Assembly: GCF_963921235.1 (NCBI RefSeq)
Contig: NC_086097.1
Location: forward strand, 14,384,001 to 14,448,000
DNA from: Mobula hypostoma
Taxonomy: Eukaryota
Length of the DNA stretch: 64,000 nt
Direction: 5' to 3'
Part shown: positions 1 through 12,269 of the stretch, piece after piece
Numbering within the stretch: position 1 is the stretch's first letter
Layout: every line of letters starts with the position of its first letter
Program-made: the position numbers and the translations under genes
The notes under the pieces: generated by a model
Database searches by the model: none
Told to the model about the DNA's origin: nothing
The model's input: the letters and a program-made list of their open reading frames with translations, nothing else

Positions 1-170
1 GACTCTCTGAATAGCCTTGTTCTGTGTGGAGATGATTCCGTGATTCTGAATACTCTCAACTCGTATCCCGAGCTGGAAACTGGAGAGGGAGCAAGGGTAG
101 AGGTGGTGCCCTGTGCCCTGTATGTGGTCGGGCAGAGTCCAGAAGATGTGAAAGAGATTGAGCAGATTGA
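1..170 (+). other. Possible coding exon fragment truncated at the window start (unidentified)
   Basis: Frame 1 is open from base 1 (DSLNSLVLCGDDSVILNTLNSYPELETGEGARVEVVPCALYVVGQSPEDVKEIEQI) and is followed by a consensus GTAAGT donor at 171-176. No homolog recognised; could be a retroelement relic. Confidence 0.25.
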
Positions 171-681
171 GTAAGTTACCAACCCCTTCAGGAATGGCCG
201 GAGCTGGGCTGGAAATTCTAATTTTAGAGACTGGGTGGGATGATATGTGAAAGGCAGGAGGAAGCAGAGTGGGTGACCTAGTCAAATTTGAGTGAGGTGT
301 TCATGCCTTATAGCATCAGACATCTGTATTCAGTCCTCAGGGAGTATACATAAGGATCCTGCACTTTATTCCAGTGACAATGTGGGTTTCCTCTCCATAC
401 TCTAGCTCAGAATTAGAAACAGGTTTATTATCACCGGCATGTAATGTGAAATTTGTTAACTTAGCAGCAGCAGTTCAATGCAATACATAAACTAGCAGAG
501 AAAAAATAATGATAATAATAAATAAAATAAAAAATAATAAATGAACAAGTAAATCAATTACATATTTTGAATAGATTTTTTTAAAATGTGCAAAAACAGT
601 AGTGTCTAAAGATTCAATGTCCATTTAGGAATCAGATGGCAGAGGGGAAGAAGCTGTTCCTGAATTGCTGAGTGTGTGCCT

Positions 682-1557
682 TCAGGCTTCTGAACCTCCT
701 ACTTGATAGTAACAGTGAGAAAAGGGCATGCCCTGGGTGCTGGAGGTCCTTAATAATAGACGCAGCCTTTCTGAGACACCGCTCCCTAAAGATGTCCTGT
801 GTACTTTGTAGGCTAGTACCAAGATGGAGCTGACTAGATTTACAACCTTCTGCAGCTTCTTTCGGTCCTGTGCAGTAGCCCCTCCATACCAGACAGTGAT
901 GCAGCCTGTCAGAATGCTCTCCATGGTACATCTATTGAAGTTTTTGAGAGTATTTGTTGATGTGCCAAATCTCTTCAAACTCCTAAGCTGTCTTGCCTTC
1001 TTTATAACTACATCGATCTGTTGGGACCAGGTTAGATCCTCAGAGATCCTGATACTCAGGAACTTGAAGCTGCTCACTCTCTCCACTTCTGATCCCTCTA
1101 TGAGGATTGGTGTGTGTTCCTTCGTCTTACCCTTCCTGAAATCCACAATCAGCTCTTTTGTCTTACTGACGTTGAGTGCCAGGTTGTTGCTGTGGTACCA
1201 CTCCACTAGTTGGCATATCTCACTCCTATACGCCCTCTCGTCACCACCTGAGATTCTACCAACAAAGGTTGTATCGTCAGCAAATTTATAGAAGGTGTTT
1301 GAGCTGTACCTAGCCACACAGTCATGTGTATACAGAGAGTAGAACAGTGGGCTAAGCACACACCCCTGAGGTGTGCCAGAGTTGATCGTCAGCAAGGAGG
1401 ATATGTTATCACCAATTCGCCCAGATTGTGGTCTTCCAGTTAGGAAGTCGCGGATCCAATTGCAGAGGGAGCTACAGAGGCCCAGGTTCTGCAACTTCTC
1501 AGTCAGAATTGTGGGAATGATGGTATTAAATGCTGAGCTATAGTTGATGAACAGCAT
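682..1557 (-). pseudogene. Reverse transcriptase fragment of the Rex1/Babar LINE
   Basis: 291-aa ORF with PQGCVLSP and FADD motifs; frameshifted at the C-terminus and interrupted upstream. Confidence 0.88.
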
Positions 1558-2230
1558 CCTGGTCTAGATGTTTGTGTTGTCCAGGTGATCTAAAGCCGTG
1601 TGGAGAGCCATTGAGATTGCGTCTGCCATTAATCTATTGTGGTAATAGGCAAATTGCAGTGGGTCCAGATCCTTGCTGAGGCAGGAGATTAGTCTGGTCG
1701 TATCCAACCTCTCAAAGCATTTCATCACTGTCAATGTGAGCAATACTGGGCGATAGTCATTTAGTCAGCCCACATTATTCTTCTTAGGCACTGGTATAAT
1801 TGTTGCCTTTTTAAAGCAAGTGGGAACTTCCGCCCGTAGGAGTGAGAGGTTGAAAATGTCCTTGAATACTCCTGTCAGTTAGGTGGCACAGGTTTTTAGA
1901 GCCTTACCAGGTACTCCATCGGGAACTTCCGCCTTGCGAGGCTTCACTCTCTTTAAAGATAGTCTAACATAAGCTTCTGAGACAGACATCACAGGATCAT
2001 CAGGTGCAGCAGGGATCTTCACAGCTGTAGTTGTATTCTCCCTTTCAAAGCAGGCATAGAAGGTGTTGAGTTCATCTGGTAGCGAAGCATCACTGCCATT
2101 CATGCTATTGGGTTTCGCTTTGTAAGAAGTAACGTCTTGCAGACCCTGCCAGAGTTGCCAAGCATCCAATGTCGCCCCAACCTCTTTTGAATTTGTCTCT
2201 TCACCCTTGAAATAGCCCTCCACAAATCAT

Positions 2231-2264
2231 GTCCTGACGAAGGGTCTTGGCCTGAAACGTCGAC
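2231..2264 (+). ncRNA. Minimal type I hammerhead ribozyme motif (PLE-associated)
   Basis: gtc-CTGACGA-agg(gtcttgg)cct-GAAA-cgTC-gac: conserved core boxes, stem II agg/cct, stem I gtc/gac, palindromic ACGT at helix III. Confidence 0.75.
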
Positions 2265-2327
2265 TGCACCTCTTCCTACAGATGCTGCTTGGCCTGCTGC
2301 GTTCACCAGCAACTTTGATGTGTGTTG
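2231..2327 (+). mobile_element. 97-bp Penelope-like terminal fragment inserted in the Rex1 LINE
   Basis: Flanked by the 13-bp direct repeat ctccacaaatcat (2218-2230, 2328-2340); matches the PLE ends at 43.0 kb and 48.6 kb. Confidence 0.88.
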
Positions 2328-2974
2328 CTCCACAAATCATACCTGGTTTTCTGGTACAGGCCTGGGTTGCCAGCCTTGAATGCCACAGATCTAGCCTTCA
2401 GCAGCCTCCTCCCATATTTCCGAGGGTTGGTAGGTTAATTAGCCACTGAATGGTGCTCCTATGGAAAGGGGTGAACAGTGAATAAATAAACAATCTGAGA
2501 TCCTTCATCAGTCCTGGGATGTTGTGTGGGAGGTAGGAGAAAGAGGGGCCTTTAATCCTTTCTTGATGCTGCCTGACCTGCTGAGTTCCTCCAACATTCT
2601 GTGTGAGTTACTTTGGATTTCCAGTGACTGCATAATCTCGTGTTTGCAAGTTGCTCCTAATGTGCGACTGAATGGTGGAGCATGGGGAGAGTTGAAGAGA
2701 ATGCAAGGAGAATAAACAGAATTGGATTAATGTACATGGGTGGTTGATGGTCAGTGTGGAGTTAATGCACTGAAGGGCCTGCTTCTCTCCATGGTTATTT
2801 CTGAGATGAGACGGGATGGGATTTGCTATTGAGCTGTGGCTCTGGGGTTTACAGAAAGCTGGACGGCCTGAAGCTCAGGTAAATATTCTGACCATAACAC
2901 AGGCTTCTCCTTGCACCAATTGTTTCGTAGTGACCGTTACTGATATTAACCTAGGATATTAGCCTTACCATGGA

Positions 2975-3280
2975 TTGCCACAGTAGTGTAGCAATTGGCG
3001 TGACACTACTACACCTTGGGGCGTCAGAGTTCAGAGTTCAATTCCAGCATCCTCTGTAAGGAGTCTCTATACGTCCTTCCCGTGGGATGCGTGGGTTTTC
3101 CCTGGATGTTTTGGTTTCCCCCCTCAGTCCAAAGGCAGACCGTGTAGGTTAAGTAGTCATTGTAAATTGTCCCGTGATTAGATTAAGGTTAAATCGGGGG
3201 TTATCGGGGATTGCTGGGTTAGCGCCGCTCGAAGGGTTGGAAGGGCCTACTCCACACTATAATGGTAAATAAATAAAAAT
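2975..3280 (+). mobile_element. tRNA-derived SINE
   Basis: A-box-like tagtgtagcaattgg, B-box-like gagttcaattcc, (TAAA)n tail. Relatives at ~6893-7152 (+), ~7310-7500 (-), ~38020-38260 (-), ~50370-50640 (+). Confidence 0.7.
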
Positions 3281-3499
3281 TTGATATTCTGTCTCATGAA
3301 TAGCACAGAACCATTGGTTCAAGACCCATTAACTTAACTCTATCCACATTGTTCTCGAGGGAATCATCAGCAGGACTGACAGGGGACTGAGAACTTAAGC
3401 CATATTGAAGAAAGAACAAAATAATTCTGAAACAAAAGATCTTGAATTTTTGCAACACCTCTCATGATAGACCTCCCAACTCCTTTAAAGAAAATGTGA

Positions 3500-3905
3500 A
3501 GTATAATAATAATTTAATAGTAATAATAACATTAGGTTATTTATAGAGCACTTTCATACAATGTACAAAGTAGTTCAAAGCACTTTACAATGGCATAAAA
3601 TAAAATAAAAAATAAAAATAAACATGCAGATAAAAGTCAAAAAGATGCTAGTTAAAGTAAGGTTAAATAGCACACATAAAAGTTGCTGGTGAACACAGCA
3701 GGCCAGGCAGCAACTTTTATGTGTGTTGCTTGAAATTCCAGCATCTGCAGATTTCCTCGTGTTAAGGTTAAATAGGTTTTGAGCTGTTGTTTAAAAGTGT
3801 CAACTGAGTCTGCATCCTTTATTGTTTTAAGCATTGAATTCCACAGTTTAGGAGCGTAATCAGAAAAGCTGACCTGCCAATTATCTCTTGAGCGAGGTTG
3901 TTTAA
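3500..3905 (-). mobile_element. L2-like LINE 3' end
   Basis: Translation IKDADSVDTFKQQLKTYL and the tail motif tgtaaagtgctttg...gctctataa on the minus strand resemble L2 3' ends. Confidence 0.6.
3671..3762. mobile_element. 92-bp Penelope-like fragment with an inverted duplication
   Basis: 13-bp TSD taaggttaaatag (3658-3670, 3763-3775); perfect 18-bp inverted repeat cacacataaaagttgctg/cagcaacttttatgtgtg (3671-3688, 3708-3725). Confidence 0.85.
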
Positions 3906-3954
3906 CTTTACTAAAAAGGATAAGCCTATATGGAATAGGACAGGATTTTTAAAT

Positions 3955-6190
3955 TCAGAATCAGAATCAGGTGTATTTTCACCGGCATGTCGTGAATTTG
4001 TTAACTGAGCAGCAGCAGCAGTACAATGCAATACATGCTAATATAAAAAGAAAAAAAAGAAAAAAATCAATTGCAGTAAGTGTATGTGTATATATATATT
4101 AAATAGATTAAAATAGTGCAAACCCAGAAATAATATATATTTTAAAAAGTAAGGCAGTGTTCATGGGTTCAATGTCCATTTAGGAATTGTATGGCAGAGG
4201 AGAAGAAGCAGTTCCTGAATCATTGAATGTGTGCCTTCAGGCTCCTGTACCTCCTTCCTGATAATACCAATGAGAAAAGGGCACGTCCTGAGTGATGGGG
4301 GTCCTTAGTAATGGATGTCATCTTTCTGAGGCACTGCTCCTTGAACTATGGAGGCTAGTACCCAAGATGGAGCTGACTAATTTTACAACTCTCTGTAGCT
4401 TCCTTCAGCTTTGTGCAGTAACGCCCCACCACCACCCAGTACCAGTCAGTGATGCGGCCTGTCAGAATGCTCTCCACCGTACATCTGTAGAAGTTTTCGA
4501 TTGTTTTAGATGACAAATCAAATCTCTTCAAACTCCTAATGAAATATAGCTGCTGTCTTGCCTTCTTTACAGCTGCATCAATATGTTGAGACCAGGTTAG
4601 GTCCTCAGAGATACTGACACCCAGGAACTTGAAATTGCTCATTCTCTCCACTTCTGATTCCTGAGGACTGATTCATGTTCCCTCGTCTTATCCTTCTTGC
4701 AGTCCACAATCAGCTTTTTCGTCTTACTGACATTGAGTGCAAGGTTGTTCCTGCGACACTACTCAACTAGCTAGTATATCTCACTCCTGTACATCCTCTC
4801 ATCTCCGTCTGAGATTCTACCAACAATGGTTGTATCATCGGCAATTTTATTGATCACATTTGAGCTATACCTAACCACACAGTCATTAGTGTGTGGTCAG
4901 ACCGCACTTGGAGTACTTGCTCAATTCTGGTCGCCTCACTACAGGAAGGATATGGAAGCCATAGAAAGGGTGCAGAGGAGATTTACAAGGATGTTGCCTG
5001 GATTGGGGAGCATGTCTTATGAGAATAGGTTGAGTGAACTCGGCCTTTTCTCCTTGGAGCGACAGAGGATGAAAGGTGACCTGATAGAGGTGTACAAGAT
5101 AATAAGAGGCATTGATCGTGTGGATAGTCAGAGGCTTTTTCCCAGGGCTGAAATAGCTAGCACAAGAGGGAATAGTTTTAGGGTACTTGGAAGTAGGTAC
5201 AGAGGAGATGTTAGGGGTAATTTTTTATGCAGAGAGTGGTAATTGTGTGGAATGGGCTGCCGACGGTGGTGGTGGAGGCGGAAATGATACGGTCTTTTAA
5301 GAGACTCCTGGATGGATACGTGGAGCTTAGAAAAATAGAGGGTTATGGGTAAGCCTAGGTAGGTCTAAGGTAAGGACATGTTCGGCACAGCTTTGTGGGC
5401 CGAAGGGCCTGTTTTGTGCTGTAGTTTTCTATGTTTCTACAATACAGAGAAAGTAGAGCTGTGGGCTAAGCCCTGAGGTGCGCCAGTGTTGATCATCAGC
5501 GAAGAGGAGATATTATCACCAATCCGCACAGATTTTGGTCTTCCGGCTAGGATGTCGAGGATCCAATTGCAGAGGGAGGTACAGGGGCCCAGGTTCTGTA
5601 GCTTATCGATCAAGACTGTGGGAATAATAGCTTTAAGTGGTGAGCTATAGTCAACGAACAGCATCCTGATCTAAGGCCATGTGAAGAGCCATTGAGATTG
5701 TGTCTGCCGCAGACCTATCGTGGCAATAGACAAATTGCAGAGGGTCTAGATCCTTGCTGAGGCAGGAGTTCATTCTAGCCATGACCAACCTCTCAAAGCA
5801 TTTCATCACTGTAGATGTGAGTGCTACTGGGTGATAGCCATTTAGGCAACTCTTCTAAGGCTCTGTTATAATTGTTACCTTTTTAAAGCAAGTAGGAACT
5901 TCCAGCCGTAGCAGTGAGAGGTTGAAAATGTCCTTGAATAATCGCACCAGTTGGTTTTCAGAGCCTTACCAGGTGCTCCATTGGGTCCTGCCACCTTGAG
6001 AGGATTCACCCTCCTTAAAGACAGCCTGACATCATCCTCCAAGACAGAGATCACAGGGTCACCGGGTGCAGCAGGGATCTTCACAGCTGCAGTTATATTC
6101 TCCCTTTCAAAGAGGGCATAGGAGCCATTGAGCTCTTGTGGTAGTGAAGCATCACTGCCAATCATGCTATTGGGTTTCCCTTTGTAGGAA
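3955..6190 (-). mobile_element. Second Rex1/Babar LINE copy, split by a CR1 insertion
   Basis: ORFs 4355..4651, 5437..5664 and 5875..6207 align by eye with the copy at 405-2405; (ATTCTG)n tail at ~3955-3970. Confidence 0.9.
4888..5439 (+). mobile_element. CR1-clade LINE 3' fragment nested in Rex1
   Basis: QFWSPHYRKDMEAIERVQRRFTRMLPGL...SLERQRMKGDLIEVYKI is a CR1 ORF2 C-terminus; TTTCTATG-type tail at ~5425-5439. Confidence 0.9.
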
Positions 6191-6454
6191 TTATGCAGGA
6201 AATTCACTTTTGGGATCTGGGTAACCTTGGCAAGGACATCTCGTATTGATCATCCATAACAATAGCTCAGAAAGAACTTTTTTGAATTGCTGCAGATCTG
6301 CTGAAGGGGATCCCACTTTGCCTTGGGTGGGATCTTCAGGATTTACACTAACCCAGTACTAATGAAGGACCAGAGATATATTTCCAAGTTGGATGGTGTG
6401 GGACTCGAAAGAGATCCTGCAGGTTGTGGTGCTACCTCACACCTGCTTTTCTTC

Positions 6455-6875
6455 TACTTCTTGTTGATCATCATAATTATCATGGGCCGAGCCGTATGAC
6501 ATGGGTGATCATGGTTTTCATTTGTCTTTAATACCTCCATCACACTGTTGTTCTTATTCTTTTCTCTTTCAATGGTCATGATAGTTACTGGCAATTTTTT
6601 CTGCAGAAGCGATTTACCGCTGCCTTCTTCTGAGCAGTGTCTTTCCAGGATGGATGACCCCAGCCATTTATCAATACTCTTCAGGGATTGTCTGCCTGGC
6701 GTTAGTGGTCGCACAACCAGGACTTATACGACCATCCACCTGCTCCCATGGCTTCATGTGATCCAGATCGGGGGCTAAGCAGGTGCTACACCTTGCCCAA
6801 GGGTAACCAGCGGGCTAGCGGATGGAAGGAGCACCTTACACCTCGTTTGGTCGAGACCTATCTCCAGCCCACCAA
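6455..6875 (-). mobile_element. Non-autonomous retroposon with an RTE-like 3' end (second copy ~7790-8170)
   Basis: Two similar ~400-bp copies; the aagtggtttgccattgcct motif resembles RTE/BovB-related tails. Confidence 0.55.
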
Positions 6876-9800
6876 CAGAACTCTCATTGCAATTGGGCAG
6901 CATGATAGTGTAGAAATTAGTGTAACACTATCACAGAACCAGCGACACGGGTTCAATTCCACCACTGTCTGTAAGGAGCTTGGACATTCTCCCCATGACC
7001 GCGTGAGTTTCCTCCCCCATTCTGAAGGCGTACGGGTTAGTAGGCTAATTGGTCATATGAGTGTAATTGGGTGATACAAGCTTGTTGCTCTGCAAGGGCA
7101 CGTTACCGTGCTGTATCTCTAAATAACTAAAAGCTAAAAATAAATAAATAGAATCTACAGCAGCTTGGGTGAGTAAATGAGAGCAGATGAAGCACACAGA
7201 AGCCACAGTACACCAGTGCTGGAGAGGCAATGGATGGCACACCAACCAAGGGAAGATGCTCTGCTGTCAATGGCATACTGAGAGATGTAGTGTTGAGAAG
7301 CCACCATTTGTTTACTTATTGAGATACAGCGGGGCATAGGCACTTCTGGCCCTTCGAGCTGTGCCACCCAGTACCCCATATTTAATCCTAGCCTAATCAC
7401 AAAACCATTTACAATGACCAATTAACCTACCAACTGGAACATTTTTGGACTGTCGGAAGAAACCCGAGCACCCGGAGGAAACCCAGGTGGTCACGGGGTT
7501 AAACTCCCGAATTGTACCTTATAGATGACAGAAAGACTTCAGGGGGCAGGAAGTGTGTCACTCACTTCAGTGTATCTTGCCTTTACCTTACACTTCCAGT
7601 CACAGTAATTATGTGGCTGGCCCATTTTAGATTCTCCTCAGTGGCAAGTGACATCCAGGATTGGCGGCAGGTGACACAGTAGATGTCAAGAGTAGAAAGT
7701 GAGATGCTTCCTTGTTGGAGATGGTGACAGCCTATCACTTCTGTGATGTTACTCGTTCCTTATCAGCTGATGCATGAACAGCAGGACAATGTCGAGAAGG
7801 GATGTTTGTTCATTATGTGCCATTGTTGTATGACATGGACGATCACTGTCTTTCCATGACCATGATTGTTCTCGGCAAATTTTTTCTACAGAAGTGGTTT
7901 GCCATTGCCTTCTTTACAAGATGGGTGACCCCAGCTATGACCAATACTCTTCAGAGAATGTCTGCCTGGTGTGAGTGGTTGCATAACCAGGATTTGTGAT
8001 AAGCACCAGCTGCTCATACAACAATCCACCACCTGTTCCATGGCTTCATGTGATTGACATTGAGGGGCTAAGCAGGTGCTACACCATGCCCAAGTGTGAC
8101 CTGTGGGCTGGCAGAGAGAAACAGTGTCTTACACCTCCTTTGGTAGATATGTATCTCCACCCCGCCACACAAGAGTAGGGATGACGAAAGAAAAAATAGG
8201 ATGAGTTGGGGTGGGTGCTTAGAGAAGCTGGGACCAGACCTTCTTTCTAGATACTAGATTTATTTAATCAATCACTAGACTACTAATTAAAATAAGTATT
8301 TTGTCCATGTTGAGAATATCCCAGAAAATGCATAAACTTGCAGATTCATTGCAAAGAGAGAAAAAAAAACACCCTCAGAAATGTTAGAAGTATCAATGAT
8401 TATCTGACGCAGGAGGTGTAACTTCAGGGAGGAGGTGTGAAGTAAAGGTCGGTAACAACAAAATGAATTATCTCCTCCTCTGTATCGAGTTCTTAATCTT
8501 GCATCATAACTGCACTGCATAAAAAGGCGACTGAGATTAAATCAGCCTGACTTCCCGAAAATATCTTCATTCTTTAACCTCTTGCAGTAATGAATGTAGA
8601 GCAGGAAATCATAAGTAAGATCTTTTCTTTTCAGTATAGACAGATGATTAACCCTTTGAATCCTGAGCGATATTTGTGGATTAGAAAGAAGTGATGCCAG
8701 GAAGTAAATTTGGTTTTGGCTGGTAACGTGAGCTGATTGACAGCTTACAGACCTAGGCTGAAGAATCGTAGTTAGTTGCATGAACTTTCACCTGGATAGG
8801 TATAGCTAGCATTTGAGCACAGTTCTGGGGAATTCCGACACTGCAGGAGATGCTCTCTTTACAGATCCGGGCATCAAACCTAGATTTACACAAATACTCC
8901 ATCTTGAGTTAAATCTCTGTGTGGATTCTTTCCTGATTGGCTGTGCCCTTGTATGTATTTCCTATTGCATGTATTGAATGATTCAATAAATTGAGAGCAA
9001 TAATTATTCATTTGATTCAGAAAGCATCAATGTATTTCTTTGAATGGGGCTTCCATTCCATAATGACAAACACAAGTAAAATTCACAGCAGGTCAATAGG
9101 ATGTTTGATTCAACTTTAGAAATCTTAAATAGAAGCCACAAAGCAGAAATAGACTGTTCAGCTCAATTAATCCATGTTGGTGCTTGTACTCGATACCAGC
9201 CTTGTTAGGGTGTATTCTGGGATTAGGGTATATGGCAAATATTAAGTTCAACAGCAGCCATTCTTTAGATCTGAATGCGGATTGCAGATTGAACTTAAAA
9301 CACGCTCTGATCAATGACCTTCCATTTGACCACAGAAGCCTGCATATGCGTGAACGTTGCCCAGAGTTGATGGGAATTAACATTCATTTGGGTGAGTGGA
9401 ATGTGGGTGTGAAAAGGAAGATGTTTGAAAACTATATGTAATTCAAAGGAAGCATTGTAGATACATTGCAATGACAGAATTTTCCTGCTTTTATCTGTGA
9501 CCTTTAACATTTACTGTAAAAATGTCATGTAATAGTAGGTCTGGCAGGCCTCTTCTTCCAAGGGTGTCTCAAATTATGATGCTTGCTACTTGTTTTTGTC
9601 AAATAAACACTTTTATATTCTCTATCTTCAGTGTCTCTCCAGAGACTTGGTTTATGTCACAACATAGCCTCCTCTTAGCAAACATCACATTGTCCTTACA
9701 GCACAACCTAGCATCATGCCTGTTGTCAGCACACCCACCTCATCGCACCTCATTTTCAGTTCTTTCCTCCCTTTATTGACTCTTTCACTGCTTTGCACTT

Positions 9801-10043
9801 GCTTGCCCAGAACTTCATCCCCCCCCCAAAGAATAATGAATCCCCGGAGACAGAGTCTACACAATATCATGCATTTATCACTGTGATCTAAGGATGAATT
9901 TCTTGACAAGTCATATCACAATACTTTTCCACCTCCGACAAAAAGTAATTGTATTTCCTTCTCTACAGGTGCTGCCTAAATTGATGAGCAATTTCTGCCT
10001 TTATTTCAGTACCTGCAAATGTATATTTTTAATTAGCATACAG

Positions 10044-10829
10044 TGTAGAAAAATGTATGATCATGCACTGATAAAAGGGGTAGTCTATTCTCTAAATGGG
10101 GAGTGAATTCAGAAGTCAGAGGTGCAAAGGGACTTGGGAGTCCTAGCGCGGTATTTCCTAAAGATTAATTTACAGGTTGAGTCAATAGTAAGGAAGGCAA
10201 AGACACTGTTAGCGCTCATTTCCAGAGGACTAGAATTTAAAAGCGATGGTGTAATACTGGTGTAAAGCATTGGGCAAACTGGACCTGGACCATGGGAACA
10301 GCTCTGAGCCCATAAGAAAAGATTACTGGCATTTGAGAGGGTCTAGAGGAGGTTAGCAAGAATCATACCAGGAAAAAAAGGGTTACCATATGAGGAGCAT
10401 TTCATGACTCTAGGCCAGTATGCACTAGAGTTTAGAAGAATAAAGGGGGATCTCATTAAAACCTGCTGAATTTTAAAAGGCCTAAATAGAGTGGACATGA
10501 AAAGGGTATTTCCAATAGTGGGGGAGTCTAAGGCCAGTAAGCACATATTCAAAACACAACATCCATTTAGAACAGAGATGAGGAGGAATTTCTTTATGCA
10601 GAGGGTGGAGATTCTATGAAATTCATTACCAAAGATGGCTATAGAGGCCAAGGTATTGGGTATATTTAAAGCAGAGGTTGATATGTTCTTGATTGGTAAA
10701 GTTGTCAAAGGTTACAGGAGAAGGCAGGAGAATGGGGTTGAGAAGGATAGTATATCAATCATGATCAAATGGTGGGATAAACTTACCGGGCCATGATGAA
10801 ATAGGCCAAATGGCCTAATTCTGTTCTTA
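10044..10829 (+). mobile_element. CR1 LINE 3' fragment
   Basis: Decayed CR1 ORF2 end (gtgcaaagggacttgggagtcc; gatctcattaaaacc; aggaatttcttt) and 3' stem ggccaaatggcc; the tail resumes at 11363 after the MITE insertion. Confidence 0.85.
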
Positions 10830-11362
10830 CAGTACTGTGCAAAAGTCTTAGGCACATATATATAGCTAATATGCTTAAGACTTTTGCGTAGTACTGTATT
10901 TGTTAACATGGAGCAGAGAGCGGATTTGTAAATCTGGTGGGAGGAAAAGACGTTAGGGAATGGCAAGGGTGGAGCACCATGGGAAAGGTGTGGGATAGGT
11001 CGCAGAGAAGGAGTGCCAGGGGCAGGGGTGGCGCAAGTGCAGACACACCAAGTCCTGAGAAACCAGGCAAGGTCATTTGATTCCAAACAATTAGTTTATT
11101 GATCACTACAGAATGTCTCTCTGGTAATTCCTGCTCCCTCTCCTCTCCTCTTCCCCTTTTCCCAACCATGATTCCCCTCTCCCTGTCCCTTTCCCTCTCT
11201 CAGTGCACAAGAGAGACCCATATCAAAATCAGGTTTATCATTACCCACACCATGAACTTTTTTCTTTTTGCGGTAGTAGTACAGTGCAATACATAAAATT
11301 ACTATAGTACTGGCAAAAGTCTTAGGCACCCTAGCTGTTTATATATGTGACTTTTGCACAAT
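10830..11362 (-). mobile_element. Composite Tc1/mariner-type non-autonomous element, copy 1
   Basis: TA-flanked; begins cagtactgtgcaaaagtcttaggcac; palindromic units at 10830-10896 and ~11305-11362. Confidence 0.8.
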
Positions 11363-12269
11363 TATGGTCTTATGCTTTCTCTCTTCAGTGGTTATCTGGT
11401 TGTCCCTGTCTTAACTCTCCTTCAATCCTTCACTAACAAGAAACATCAAAGAGCTCTTCATCAAATGCAAATGTAAGTCCAATGTCAATCAATTGTTCTG
11501 AAATGATTTCTTTAGAGTTATATAGTAATTATACACTCTCAGAATGGCTGTGATGTATTAAGTCTTAGAAATGTTCTCATCCAATTGGTAAGCTCTGACA
11601 GGATCTCTTGACAGCTGACACTCCGAGTTGGTGACCAAGACAAAGACTTCTGATTACTTTTAGATCTTGAGAAGGGGGAAGCAATAGATAGCTTCAACGA
11701 TCTTTTAGTCAATGTGCTTTCTGTTTTATGATAATAAGTTAGGCTTAAGCTACTTTGTTGTGCTTGCACAATTATTACCACATTTCTGGACACTCAAGTT
11801 GATTTGCATTCCTGGTGTGAAGCTCCTCTCCAGCTGAGTGACCAAAGCACATATTGAAGCTTATCCAAACCCTGTGGCACATTCCAACTGATTGATAAAC
11901 CATGAGATCTATCACAACATTGATCAAAACACCAGCCCTAATTAGTAATGGCCCTTCAACCAGGTTAGAAGATCTGGAAACACCCTGGAAGCAATTAATA
12001 CATCTGAGCTGACTCCAATCACTGCACCCTTCTCTTGCGACATATTGAAGCCCAGCTTATAAACAACCAAGTTGCTCCAGGACAGTGGCAATGGGCTGAC
12101 GCTTCCAAAAGCTATTTTTACTCTTAAACTTCCTCAGAATGTTGGTCTCACTGGCATGATTAGCATGTATCACCCTCGCCAAATGGTCCTGCGAAAGACC
12201 AAGGACAGCAATGCCGCTTTGGAAGTGTTGGACAGGAGTGAGCGAAGTAGTGAATCAGCACATACAAAC

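Larger units (their letters stand above)
405..2405 (-). mobile_element. Rex1/Babar-clade LINE, 5'-truncated and decayed
   Basis: RT motifs in ORF 682..1557 ([22 protein letters not shown]), upstream linker in ORF 1879..2223, C-terminal HPGH motif in 632..931, and a 3' UTR with an ATTCTG-type tail near 405-430. Confidence 0.92.

Noticed and set aside
682..1557. Active or domesticated reverse transcriptase, or a prokaryotic retron/DGR-type system
   Set aside because: It is an ordinary multi-copy Rex1/Babar LINE with stops, frameshifts and a nested insertion.
6600..6690. Minus-strand CTGAAGA...GAAA as a hammerhead
   Set aside because: No stem II or III pairing, and the second copy near 7.9 kb lacks GAAA.
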